Positions 22,560 to 34,583 of a stretch of 64,000 nt of DNA are shown one piece after another; position 1 is the stretch's first letter; the number at the start of each line of letters is the position of its first letter. A program made the translations under genes and the position numbers. The notes beneath the pieces were generated by a model, which saw only the letters and a program-made list of their open reading frames with translations, was not told the origin of the DNA and made no database searches. The stretch is from Craspedostauros australis (Eukaryota), in NCBI GenBank assembly GCA_030167865.1, contig JALAGF010000383.1:62001-126000 (forward strand). The letters run 5' to 3'.

Positions 22560-25500
22560 CATGTGCAACGTTTAGAATCGTTTTCCGGAAAACCTTATCA
22601 AACTTATGACTCAACGCTCCAAACTATGGTGGAATAGAATCCACATACTGCCTATGAGAGACTAAGCAAAGGAGATGAGCGAAAATAAGTGCAATGTCGA
22701 CGCGCCACTAGAGGAAAGTCACACTTTCCACCTCCAATGTTCAATCGAAACATAAAAGAGGAAAAGCATGCATTCCCAGCATACTGCAAGAAAGAAATAG
22801 ATAACATAACCTGGCCAATACAGTCAATGAATGATAGAACAAAAAGGGATCTGCGGTGCAACGTTGAAAGCCAAACCAGAAAAGGATAAAAAATCGAAGA
22901 AAAGATTTGATGCCTCCAATGTGATTCGACGCATGATCAAAGGTTCTGGTCAGAACGTGTGGGACATGAAAAAAAGCGGAATTCCACATACAACAGGCTT
23001 GGAATGCGAGAGTTTCAACAACGGATTCCTTCATTTTCCCAGAAAGTAGAATTCAATGGCACAGGTGATTGCCTGATAGATGAAACAAAAATAGAAGCTG
23101 TTTGTGTGCAATACTTCTTTGACGGAAAGTCGCCAGAAAGGTGACACCGTGACATCGACCAAACGAAAATACTGTTCTTCGTGTATGCGCATTGATGAAA
23201 GGCAGAGTAAAGCAGCAGCAAGAGATCGGCAGTTTCTCGAATTCGGTTTCTTCCGCCATCCACATATTTCGAAGTACGTCATTCTCAAACCAACATCACC
23301 AAAATCAGAGAAGAATCAAGGTGATGAGCATCCTGACACCATGATCTTGCGACTCTAGAAGTCACAACCGTACGATCTTGCAACACAACAATCGTATACC
23401 TAGTAGAAAAATCCACCATTGCACTGCATCGTCCCTATGAACACCGCCCACATGGAATTCAGACACCCAATTGTGCAACAGAACGAGGTTGTTTTCGATC
23501 GTGGCAACGAAACTCCAAGAGTCATTCAATGCTCACTCAGATCTGTTCGAGAACACTCTGGCGATCTCACATCTATTGCGATAGAACAACGTCAAAATCC
23601 AGAACTAAACCCAAGATCAAGCCGTGAGAGTGATGATTTTGATTGAATCATGCGAAGAGTTAGCACAGAAAATTGTTTGTCTTGCGGCAATCGATATCCA
23701 TCAGGGACAAGCGGTTTTTCTTGCGCACGAATCCACGCCATATCCCACATACACGCCCAGAACGCCAACACAATAGGTGAAGTTTATGACAATGGAGTCT
23801 ACAACAACGAGATATCCAAGTTGCATCCGGGATTTCTGGAGAAAACTCTGTCGAGTGGCATTAGCATTCGATCATTGCATTGACACGACGGGTCACTCCG
23901 ATCAGAGTCCTACCACGTGTTGACTCATTGATGTCAGGACACTCCGAGTGAGCCTGGTCCCAACAACTTGTGAAGAATCTTCGAGTGCATCTGTGCACAA
24001 TGATAGCAACCCTTCGGTTCGGATTGTCTGAGCTTACCGCATGTTAAAGTCGTCGCCGCAGAATGCCGGCGAGCCAGCAACTTAAATCAAGTACCCGATG
24101 GCCATTGTATCAGATGATTTTTAGTTTCTAGGTGCTTGTTGCTCTGCTATCTTGTTTGACTTTGCCATGGTGTTGACACTCGTATCTACGTGCGACAGCT
24201 CTTCTGCTAGGTAGTCTATGCACGCTTCGACTTTTCGAGGGCGATTCTCTTCATAAAAAACAACGTCAAAGTTGTGGCTGTCCCAGGAGAACCGAGCATT
24301 CACGAAGTGTACTTCGAAGAAATTTCGTTTGTGTAATTTGATTGAAGACTCATGCTAGGTGAGATTTCGACACCAGCGAATGATTGATGGGGTCTGGTTG
24401 CTGAGTACCCTTGTCGTTGTTGTCACCTCGCATGTCGTCAATTGAATTTCATTGTGACTCAATGCATGTACCTCAGTGATTCTTGATGTTATCCGCCTGC
24501 ACGATCCTACATCTGGTCAACATCATGGGCCATGCTTTTGTCGCGTGTTGTGGAAGGCAACTACGCCAATGCACAATCAATCGAGCTTCATTCATCGACA
24601 CCCACCATCGCCTCAAACAGAGAGGCGACGTCGTCTACGGCCGAAACAGATCGACGTTTGCTTCTTGTGTCCGAGGAGACAACTCGAAGTCGACATGATC
24701 CGGAGAACCAAGTCATTCGGAAAGACACACCAAGCACAGATCACTTCTCTTGCTATGATTCCTCCACCTTGTCGTCTTGACAACGGCTGATCAGCCTTGG
24801 GCATTCGACTTCCACAAACTTGATCGTACACGGCAACCTGCGTGTGGACTTGCGCTCCTAAACTTGACTTCATGAGGCCTTCAAATACCAGTTATGCGCA
24901 AAAACAGAGCCTGAAGAATCCTCACCTTTCTCCATTACGGTCACACTAAAAAGAATATTTTAATGTCATCGAAGCCTTGTGACTCACGTGGCACAGCAGG
25001 CATATGAATGTATGAATTGTCACATACAGAAAGACACGGACAATTCGAGTGCTTCTCTCCACAAGTTGGGTTGCCTCAATTAGATAAATCACAATGGAAT
25101 GTAAGATTCATTTCAAAATTCAATATAATAATCATGCTCGAACTAGAACTTCCTGCAATAGATGGGTGATTTGCAGTCCCTGCCGACGAGCCACCCACTC
25201 GATGAAGCACACTGAATAACACGTCACCTTGAGGAAGCCGATCATTTCCACTACACACGTGAGTTCTGTCCCATGTAGAGATTACGTGCTACTGCAATAG
25301 CGATCTTGGCTTTTACAGGAAGGTGTTCTTGCTGATGTGCGACCTTGTTCATCGAACATACACGCAATAATACGACAACGTGGGAATCCCGCTCATCTTG
25401 GAAGACTGAATTCTTGAGTTGAAACAAGCGCAAGCTGGAATCCTAACAGGTTCGAGATGAAGTACATCTTCATATGTGTGGAACTTGCATAGATTCAAAC

Positions 25501-26750
25501 ATTGGCAGCGATAGTGGCCCAATCGCCAATGGAGAAGATAGCGTCGCTAGTTGATGCTTGCAATACGAGTGAATTCGTCTCAGAAAATCGAGCATAAAGC
25601 CCTCCACAAGGATAGGATTCACATACTGGTTCAAAATAACGATTCACCGCGCAAACGTTTTGAAGATTTTGAAAGGGTCGTTCTCATCACTGGCAGGAGC
25701 AAAATTAGAAATCTTCTTGTTTGGAATGAGTGCTGATGGAAGAGTGGAGACTTGCCTGCTGCGTGGGCCAATGCTACTGACTGCAATGCCCAGTCGACTA
25801 TGGTTCACCGGCACTAAACCGGCGTGACGATATGGATTGCCCGTTGTTGGTTCCTTTTCAAGTAGTCAGGATGATTGGATCTGTTGTTGTTAACAGTTGA
25901 TTGGTTGTCTTAGGAGCGTGGCGCATGTACCCATCGCATTTTGCATATGGTTGTCTGTCGATCTTTGTCTTCTTGAAGTCGATGCATCTCGTTGTGGGAA
26001 ACCAAGCTCGAATTGGCATTCTGGTAACAGATGGAGGTTTCGGTGGTCTTCTTATGTGCAACACTTTTTCATGCTTGATATCCTCACTCTGCGGTATTGT
26101 AGGATGGATCGTAGTAACAGGAACATGGGATCGATGTGTCATATTCGTCGTGTTTTATTGCTCTTCATTGCTGTGAGTTTCTGATATTCCGATGAAAAGT
26201 ATTGCATTCGTCTGCAATCGCAGGGCTTGATTCTCAAATCAGATTATTGAGGCAACCCTGTTTTCTGAAGTTTCTTCCCGTTTCTTCCTATCCACTCGTG
26301 CTGAACCTGCGAATTTTCTGAATTTCGGGCATTCCTTCCATGTTTGAGTTAAAGCACTTGCTGCTCTGGTCCATTTCCATTTCACGGGTTTCTTGTTGTG
26401 AATATTTTCTATCCTCTCTCATGATTGTGCGCGAAGAATAGTAGCAACAATGCCTTCTCATGTTTTTCATTCTCACTGTGCTTTACTCAACGTTCTCCCA
26501 TCTACGTCCATCTTTGACGTGGGTGGGAGATTTCCTAATCATTGTCATTATTGAATGATTCGACGCAGCGGCTTGTGCCACTTGTTCCACCACATTATCA
26601 CATCGCAAAGATGTTCATGCTAACAGCTCCTTTCTTAGAGATCAGGTATTATCTTTGCTATCCGGTTTGGTTGAAACAAGTCGACTCCTACTCAGTTACA
26701 CTACCATCAGCAGATGAGACAACTAACTATCCCGTACCACAGTTCTACCT
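22560..26750. pseudogene. A+T-shifted island of decayed, stop-riddled coding-like sequence; possible old DNA-transposon remnant
   Basis: No ORF exceeds ~105 aa. The hand-counted line 22861-22920 is 21/60 G+C, versus 38/60 for line 18181-18240 in the ABCC gene. It lacks the CA/GA microsatellites seen in other spacers. The fragment ICGATLK...FDASNVIRRM (22848-22936) loosely resembles a BED zinc finger. No terminal repeats were found. Confidence 0.3.
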
Positions 26751-26816
26751 ATTTGTAATGCGTCCTTCAACGGAATGTTACGGTGTTCTCTTTTTTGGAT
26801 GGTTTGTTACACGTCC

Positions 26817-29800
26817 TTACGAAGTGCTGCGAGCGCTCTGACTCCTCATGCTGACGGCGCTCACGAGGCTGTTGCTGCGGCTCCTTGTAGATTCGGCTGG
26901 TTTGTCTGGCAACGAGGACGAGAAGAAGATACGCACGAGCCAGTTCATTCCGAACGCTCCGTCACGGTCGCGCATGGAGCTTTCGACCCTGTCGAACGTC
27001 TCCGCCACGGCATACAACTTCGCACCCCAGCCATTCAGCTTGATTGTGTACATGTTATTCTGAAAGCTGTACGATTCAACAATTCCGTCGCCGTATGCTG
27101 TGAGCACTTCCTCTCCCACCGCAGCTTTCAGCGGTTGTATCACTGCATCTGGTTGCAAGTACATGACCATGCCGGCAGACTTGCACGTTACCAGATGCAC
27201 ACCTGGATATTTCGAAATGAGATTGAAGGAGTGGAACGTGATTAGCGTTGCAACAATGTGCATTCACAAACACCAGACAGAAACGAACGGAACGGAACGG
27301 AACAGAGTTGAGAACGGTGGAGTGGGCGAAGGGAAATGTCAGTGTATGTGTGTCAGCACGAACTAGGCACCACATCATCCAAATGAAATAGAAGGCGACA
27401 GAAAGATGAAGGATGTCACACTTGATAACAATATTTTTCGTGCACGTACTGCACGCCAAGGGACCAAGTGCATTCATCGCTGTCATTGTCATTGCTGTTG
27501 CTGTTGCTGTTGGCGTCTGCCATTGTCCCTCACCTGTTGTCGGTTCGACCGATTCAAGCACGCCTGTCAAGCCAAGGTACGTGTAAACAGGATACCCTTC
27601 CTGACAGCCTTTCGCGATGCGATGGCTGACATCATTCTGTTGGATGTAAGCTACTGCGCACGTTTTGTCACCGCCCAGTTTCCATTTCGTCAAATGCACC
27701 TCGTAGATGCCATCATCGTCGCGAAACTTCTTCACAACGCCATCGCCGTATGACGTTGAGACGGAGGCAGAGTCCTGGTAGTATTGTCTGTACTTTGGTT
27801 TTGGCGTATCAACCTCCGACTCCCTTCTGGTGTTCCTTTGCGACGTGCCAAGGATGCTGGCGAAATCCAGCGTGGTCGTCACCAGTGAACCAAAAGCTGA
27901 GAGGATCCCATCCGACGATCTGCTATTGATGGTGTGCTTGGGGCTTTTCCATCGCTCTGCCTGCTCCACAGTGCAATACAGCATGGGGTGGCTGCCGTCC
28001 TTCAGTTTCCACGATGTAAGCTTCAATCCAATTGTTTGCACGTCTTTCGCCGCAACATCCGGCTTTGCCGCTGTTGTTCCGATGGCTGCAGATGCCGATG
28101 TATTGTTTCCTCCTGATGCTGCCGTTGGTGTTGCTGCTGGTGGTGTTGCCACTGGTACTGACGACGATGATGGTGGTGATGATGATGATAATGATGATGA
28201 CGGAGCTCCCACCGCTGGTTTGGACGTTGCTGTCGGCAATGTGGAATGCTCCCCATTGCCACTTTTGGGAGGCAATGGCAGCGGCCGCACGACAGAGGCT
28301 TCGCCGTAGGGTGTTTGGATGATGGTGCCTTTGATGTAAGGGAATTCTGCTGGCTTGGTTGAGTTGTCCAACCCGGAACTGGACTGTCTGCGAAAGATTG
28401 ATGAAAAGATGCCTTGTGATATTGGTCGGATTTGATCTTCCTGCAGGTACGCTTTGGCTGGCCATCCAGTCATGGTAACCTCAACAATAGAGTCTGAGAT
28501 CCTGTGCTTCACGATTGTTGCAGCTCCATAAGGTGTCGAACATTTGTCTCCAGTCTTGAATTTGGATTCGCTCTTTGGCTTGCTTGACGTTTCCGCCGTC
28601 CAGAAAGAGAAAAGACTCGACTTCTTGCTCGGTTCTGACAACTTTGGGGGTGTATAGCGAGAGATGCATCTGCCTCTTATTCTGAGGGTTGTTTTGAGTT
28701 TCGATGATCGAATCGCTGCAGGAGCCACCGTCGTTGTTGATGCCAAGGGTTTCGGATCGATATCGATATCGACATCGACATCGACGCTACCGTTTGCATC
28801 TGCATTCGCATCAGTTTGGGTATCGTTGCCATCGATTGAGCTGCGAGTGGGCGCGTCGGTATCCTCCTCCTCATTGACGGTCGTGAGATGGTCCATCGCT
28901 TTGCCGTAGTCGCCGTCTGTGACAGTTGATGAAATCACTCTCAGCGGGTTCACTTGCCCTGAATTTTCAGGCTCGTCGCCGGTCTTGTTTTGATCGAACG
29001 AAGGAGCATTTGCGACTGCCGATCCTCTGCCGCGGTCCTTGCTACTGGTTTTGCCATCGCTAGTTTTGCTATCGCTTTGGCTGCTGCTGCGATCTCTGCG
29101 CCTGAGGGACTCCGTGTCGTTGGCGGCAGCAGCACGATCGTTCGGCTCGTCTTCGTTCGTCTCATCTGTTTCTAAGACCGTCTCCAATGACGCGACTTGC
29201 GTTGACTTGTCTTTGTTGGAGTTCGACCTCGGTCGAATGGCTTCTTCTTTGACCCGTTGTAGATGCGCTTTGATTTGGACATCCAGCGGCCGCCAATCCA
29301 GCTCCACGTCGTACATGTCAAAGTTGGCATCATAGCCTCGCACGATGCCGCGGCCGTACGGAGTGTTGATCCATGTGCCCTGCTGCCATTCCTGCTCTGA
29401 CGGGATCAAATCGACTGGCGGGAGGTTGTTGGCGATGAGGAAATCGTTTGCTTTTGACAGAGATTGGTTCAGCTCTCCCCTACGATCTGCCTTCTGCTTC
29501 CGGGATGTCCATTGCTTGGGCTGCACGCCGTTGAAGTCCTTGACTGCATCCATGCACACGCGGCGCAGGCCACTGATTCGGATCAACGGCGGTTCACAGC
29601 TTGCCGCATGCAACGCTGCCTCCGGGTAGGTGCGGAAGAAGACCGGTTTGAATTCCTTGTCTCTCCATCGTTCCGGTGCAAAGCCGTATGTTTTTGAAAC
29701 GTCTTTGACCGTGTGGACGTAGAGCGCCTCGAATTCGTACGGGAAGGCATCGAACATGAGTTCGCCAGCGCGCACATCGCCCTGTCCATTGTCGCAGACG

Positions 29801-31919
29801 AACACATGCTTGTACTCAGGGTATATGGACACGTATCTTTGGAAGTTGGAAAATTTCTTCGCTGCGAGCGGTTCGCAGTCATTGGTCGCGATGAAGTGCG
29901 ATCCTGATGCCAAGTCTCCCGCCAGCAACGATGGCACTGTGTGCATCCCGGCTCGTCCGTCCTTCGCGACCCGGAGCTTTTCAAACTTGGCAAAGTTGCT
30001 CTTCTCGCTCATGTCCTTGTACACGTGTGGGCGCGCGCTGAGGAACACCAGGTTGCCAACCCTGTGCTCGGGCCATTCCTCAGGACCACGAGTTCCCAAA
30101 TCAAGCTCGCGGTAGAACGCAAGCACGCCTGGGTACACCACCTTGCGCGAGTACTTTTTGTCGATGCCAGCGGGGTAGACGCCGCCGCTGGACAACAGAG
30201 TATCGTCAACGTCGGAAAGCACCTTCCTCCATGCCATGTGCTGTCTCTTCCTCGCTCGTTTGGTCATCATTTGCTGATGAGCCTGCTGCACGGTCGCCTC
30301 TCGACGGATGTGGCTGAGGATGTCCTGCCGTACAGTTTCGGATTTGATGTCGTCGTATATCAGCTTGTTCATGCAGAAGTAGTCGCCCTTGGCATCGGTG
30401 AGTGTTTTGATGTCGGACAGATCGTCGCCGTGGCTGTTCAGGATAATGTTCCGCACCCATTGCTCGGCACGTGGATTCGCGCGGAGCTTGAGCATTTGCA
30501 AAGCGTGCAGCACGATGACCCTTGAAATTGACGTCAGGGCGGGCAGACGATCAACGGCCAGCAGTTGTGTGAGCTGCGTGCGGTGTTGGCCTGCGAAGTT
30601 GTGATGGTCCTTGATCTTATAGATCAAAAGCCCCAATCGAACATGGTTGACCAGATGATTCAGTGCAACGGCGTCGCATTCCAGGAAAATGTTGATGATC
30701 TCCCTCTCCTTTTGCAAAACGAAGCGCTCGTTGATGAAGTTGTTGATCGTGGACGGTATGAGGAGCTGGTCGATGTTGCGGAGGCATTCCTCGATCCGCG
30801 CAAGCTGTTGCTCCACTGGGATGTTGTTCGCGTTCGATCCGTGCGCGAAGGATGATGATCTCCGCAACTTCGTTTGCCGGCTGAGAGCCATACGGTGCGC
30901 ATGTCGGTCCCAGAGATGCATGGCGTAACTGGAAAGGACCACGCCAACGAAACCGAAGGAGGGATTCTCGATCCCGAATGCCACCGGTGAATCTCCCGCG
31001 AAGAAGAGCGCCGTCGAAAAGAGCAAGGCAAGGATCGTCCAAAATCTATTCTCAAATTCTTGTGCGTGATGCACTCCACTCTCCTCGTACGCCATGAAGA
31101 GGTAGACCGTGTAAACCAGCGAGAACAGGCACGAGCATATTACTGGAGCCACGGCGAAGAGCGCAAGCAGCATCAGAATCAGTGTCTGCCATCCCCAAAG
31201 AGTTGGTATCAGCGGAGCGCATACCAGTTTTTGTTTGTTTGTTTTTGGGAATCCCATTCCGATTTTCACGATTTGGTGATGCCACCATTGGCGTAGCCAT
31301 GCATGATGTTGTTTGGTTGATACGCGTACGAGTGCACATACCGCCATCGTCGTGGGCATGAGCAAGGGCGTGGGGTGTGCAAGAAGGGATTTGCGGGTGA
31401 AGGGATGGAAAGGTGGAAACGTGGATGAGATAGCTGATGCTTAACGGTTCGAGGCGCAATCTTGATGGTCGCAAACGAATTGTACACAGCAATACAGTCG
31501 TGTGATTCGTCTCTGGTGTTGGTATTTGAGTATAGCACAGTATGCACTTTTGCAAGTGCTTGTGTTTGATGGGTACGAATTCGTGGATTATTCGTGCGTC
31601 GTCAGCCAGTGCTTCCACTGAGGAGCCAATGAAGTCATTCAAGCCAGACAAGCCATTCACGGGGTGGCTGCCGTCACAGAAGATGAGCTTCATCGGTTGC
31701 ACCGCCCATGCAAGTGTGCAGGTACTCCCACGCACGGTGATTAGGAATCCACGCCATTCATGGTGCTATATTCACATCATTCGCACCACCTGGGACACCA
31801 CCATGCCAGTTGGCGCTCGTTGGCGCTGGTTGCGCCTTGTAGAGTATGAAACGTATGAAACGTATGGTACGTACCACCAGGACCCCCAGGAGAAGGAGCA
31901 TCGCCACGAACCGATCCAT
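26817..31919 (-). CDS. Membrane protein with App1-like (HAD) phosphatidate-phosphatase-type domain and six TPYG-type beta-barrel-like repeats
   Basis: The well-supported part is 31185-27534 spliced to 27202-26817 (intron 27533-27203, gtgag..ccag, phase 1, giving EPTTG|VHLVTCK). Tentative 5' exons are 31919-31875 (MDRFVAMLLLLGVLV) and 31765-31577. There are several N-terminal hydrophobic helices. Catalytic-type motifs: KVLSDVDDTLL, VYPGVLAFY, VFLSARP, FVCDNGQGDV. Confidence 0.75.
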
Positions 31920-32791
31920 TGTTCTCTTGGTTGATCAGCCGAACGGAGCAGCTGTGTTGGATGACGACTTGTCGAGGCTGCAATCTTGTCCTCTGTATCT
32001 TGCCTTGCGGAGCCCCTGGCCGTGTCGCTTCGTTGGCTTTGTCAGCTTCGCGAGAGGTGTCTGCTGGTCCTGCAACTTGAAAGAACAGAGTCCATTCCAA
32101 CCACCCCCTGTCGCTGCAATCGCTGGCGCCGCTGTCGTTGCCACTGCTCCTGCTTGTTCCCACTTGGCGAGCAGGGTCAGACGGACCGCGGACACACTCT
32201 TCTACCAGTTTGTATTCACGAGTATCTTTGTTGATCCGTTGTTCGTTGTTCGTTGCTCGTTGGTTGTGGTGCAATTGAAGCGTCACGTCCTCGTTGGTGG
32301 GTGATTAATTGATTGAGAGTGTCGATTGCTTTGCTCTCTCTCTCTCTCTCTCTTGTCTGTGCTGAGTTGCGCTGTTTGGCTTCTTCTTTGGGATGATGTG
32401 CGCACCAGGCCCGAAATCGATTCTATCTGTTCTGGACCGAATCCACCACCAAAGATCAACAACTGTCGACGGGCCGATTGCGCGCGTACGAGGACGAGTC
32501 ACGAGGACTACACTGTGGTCTCACCAACGCTCGTCTCCGCGCGTGAAAAGAAGAGGATGTGTTCCCAATCGATCGCCTCGGAACGTTCCTCCCCTCAGTT
32601 TCGCGTGATTCATTCGTTGATGTGATTCGTTGATGTCACCATCCTTCTCCCCAAAAAATGTTTGTGTGTGTTTTGCGCAGGTCCAGGAACAGTTCCTTTT
32701 TCGACGACGTTCGTGTGGTGTATCGTTACGCACAACTCGCTCCATCCTCATTCTACAATTGCGAAGATAGCTGGGGGGTAATCTGCAATAG

Positions 32792-32830
32792 TCTCTCTCT
32801 CTCTCCACGACCAGAGAGAGAGAGAGAGAG
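32792..32830. repeat. (TC)7 and (AG)9 microsatellites in inverted arrangement
   Basis: tctctctctctctc-cacgacc-agagagagagagagagag, read directly from the sequence. Confidence 0.9.
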
Positions 32831-33137
32831 AAAGACAATCATGTTGGAGCTCTGTCGGTTGCATTACCCTATGATATATAATTATAATAACATAATAGAA
32901 AAGAATAGGACGATTTCCAATTGACATGTATTTTACAAGCCTACATACACTACACTTGTGGTGTGCTTGTACTCGTCCGTGTGATGTTCACGGAGTCGCA
33001 CCACACTCCATACTCCATACTCATATCATCATACTTGCACCGTCTGGACCTACTCGGACCAAGATGGACTCCACATGACTTGAGCAACAGAGAGCAGCCA
33101 CGAATGCTGCGAGTACTTGTTGCCTGGACAATCTGTA

Positions 33138-34583
33138 TCAGACGTCCTTGCTGAAAAACTCCTCAATCTCTTTTCGTAGTGTGGGAACCTCCAGGTATTC
33201 GGCCAAGCCATGCAGGTGCATGGCTTCGGGCGTCGTGACGCCCTTTCGGAAGTTCAAAGCTGTGCCGTCGTAGCCAGATCCGAATGGTGCGTAGCAGTAG
33301 TCCAACAGTGCAGGCATCACAGCGGCGTAGTGCTCGGGAAGGTAGAGACGAAGAGGAAGTAGACGGGCGGAGGCTTCTTGTCCGTCACCATTGGCGGCTG
33401 CAGCTGAATCAGCCGAGACGATCATCTGGTCTTTCTGTGCCACCAATTCTCGGGAGAGTGCGAGTGACCGATGCTCTCCCTTGCACACGATGTGTTGGTG
33501 TATGTCGTAGATTTGGACGTTGCTGCTGCTTGCTCCATTATCGCCGGGCATGTTGTCCACAGCATTCTGCCCGTCATTGCCGACAACGGTCACTTCGATT
33601 TGCCAATCAAAAGTGGTGTTTGGGGCATTCAAAGACGTTGCGTACATGGGTTGTTGCTTCGACGTTCCCTCCTGGCTTCTATGCCCGTGCTGGCAATGGC
33701 CACCGTGGCTGGTTCGCAGTCTCCATGATATCTCCTGAATGTGGTCCAGACCCAACCTTGGGAACCCTGAGTCATTAGAGACCGAATAGGTATGTCGAGC
33801 AGCTGATGCAGACGCCTTTTGTCTTGTGGGGAAAGCACCAGAAAGTGTGACGATCGTGGAGACGGGCACCGCGAATCCATTCTTCATCCCTTCAACCCGC
33901 TGGACTGTTCCTCCGTTGCTTTGGAACGGATAGGGCGTCCCAGCTGACCATTGAGAGAGGGAAGCTGTCGAATCTCCGTCGATGGATGCTGTGTCATTAT
34001 CGTTGTCGTTGCCATTTCCTTGGGCGTGATCTTCCATGATGGGATGGATTTTGGATGATTTTGCAGCTCGTTTTGATCCGTTTGCCACGGCCATTGCGGT
34101 TGCCGTTGCCGTGGTCGTGGTCGTCATTATTGCTGTTGATGTTGTTGATTGACGTGCTACTCCCACGGTTGCTGTTGCTTGCATGCTGCCCGTGGCTCGT
34201 GGACTGTTGGCGTTGTTCTCGTGATGGGTAGAGATGATGAAATCTTGCGACTCTCCTCGCAAACTATCTCCGTGTGTTGACGTTGACCCTGATGCACGAG
34301 GTATGGACGAGCCTGCCAACTGTCTTGATTGGCTGCTGTGCACTGGCTTCGCTTTCCGGCTGTTTCGATAGCTGCCATTTCTGCCACTGCGAGCGTTAAT
34401 GCTTGTGTTAATGGTGGTGCTTCCAATACTGTTGCCACTGCCTACATGGCTTTCCTTGTCTGTACCTGTGCATGTCCTTGCACCAGCACTTGCGTTTGAC
34501 TTGGTGCTCGAAGCACCGTTGTCGGACGAGGCAGGCTTCTTGCTCTTCTTCCGCCGAAATAATTTTTTGATCTTGAACCCCAT
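33138..34583 (-). CDS. BTB/POZ-domain protein with long disordered N-terminus, 481 aa
   Basis: Single ORF with a Ser/Thr-rich low-complexity N-terminus. The C-terminal BTB-like segment reads FDWQIEV...YDIHQHIVCKGEHRS...VMPALLDYCY...AMHLHGLAEYLEVPTLRKEIEEF. Confidence 0.75.
   Translation of the reverse strand: MGFKIKKLFRRKKSKKPASSDNGASSTKSNASAGARTCTGTDKESHVGSGNSIGSTTINTSINARSGRNGSYRNSRKAKPVHSSQSRQLAGSSIPRASGSTSTHGDSLRGESQDFIISTHHENNANSPRATGSMQATATVGVARQSTTSTAIMTTTTTATATAMAVANGSKRAAKSSKIHPIMEDHAQGNGNDNDNDTASIDGDSTASLSQWSAGTPYPFQSNGGTVQRVEGMKNGFAVPVSTIVTLSGAFPTRQKASASAARHTYSVSNDSGFPRLGLDHIQEISWRLRTSHGGHCQHGHRSQEGTSKQQPMYATSLNAPNTTFDWQIEVTVVGNDGQNAVDNMPGDNGASSSNVQIYDIHQHIVCKGEHRSLALSRELVAQKDQMIVSADSAAAANGDGQEASARLLPLRLYLPEHYAAVMPALLDYCYAPFGSGYDGTALNFRKGVTTPEAMHLHGLAEYLEVPTLRKEIEEFFSKDV

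Noticed and set aside
27076-27533. ORF-track C-terminus of the 1429-aa ORF (EGQWQTPTATAT...)
   Set aside because: This is intron read-through. A GT-AG intron at 27533-27203 joins to another frame that continues the TPYG repeats.
25440-31460. GGTTCGA T-loop-like words at about 25450, 27542 and 31446 as tRNAs
   Set aside because: No cloverleaf stems or A-box around them, and one lies inside a coding exon.
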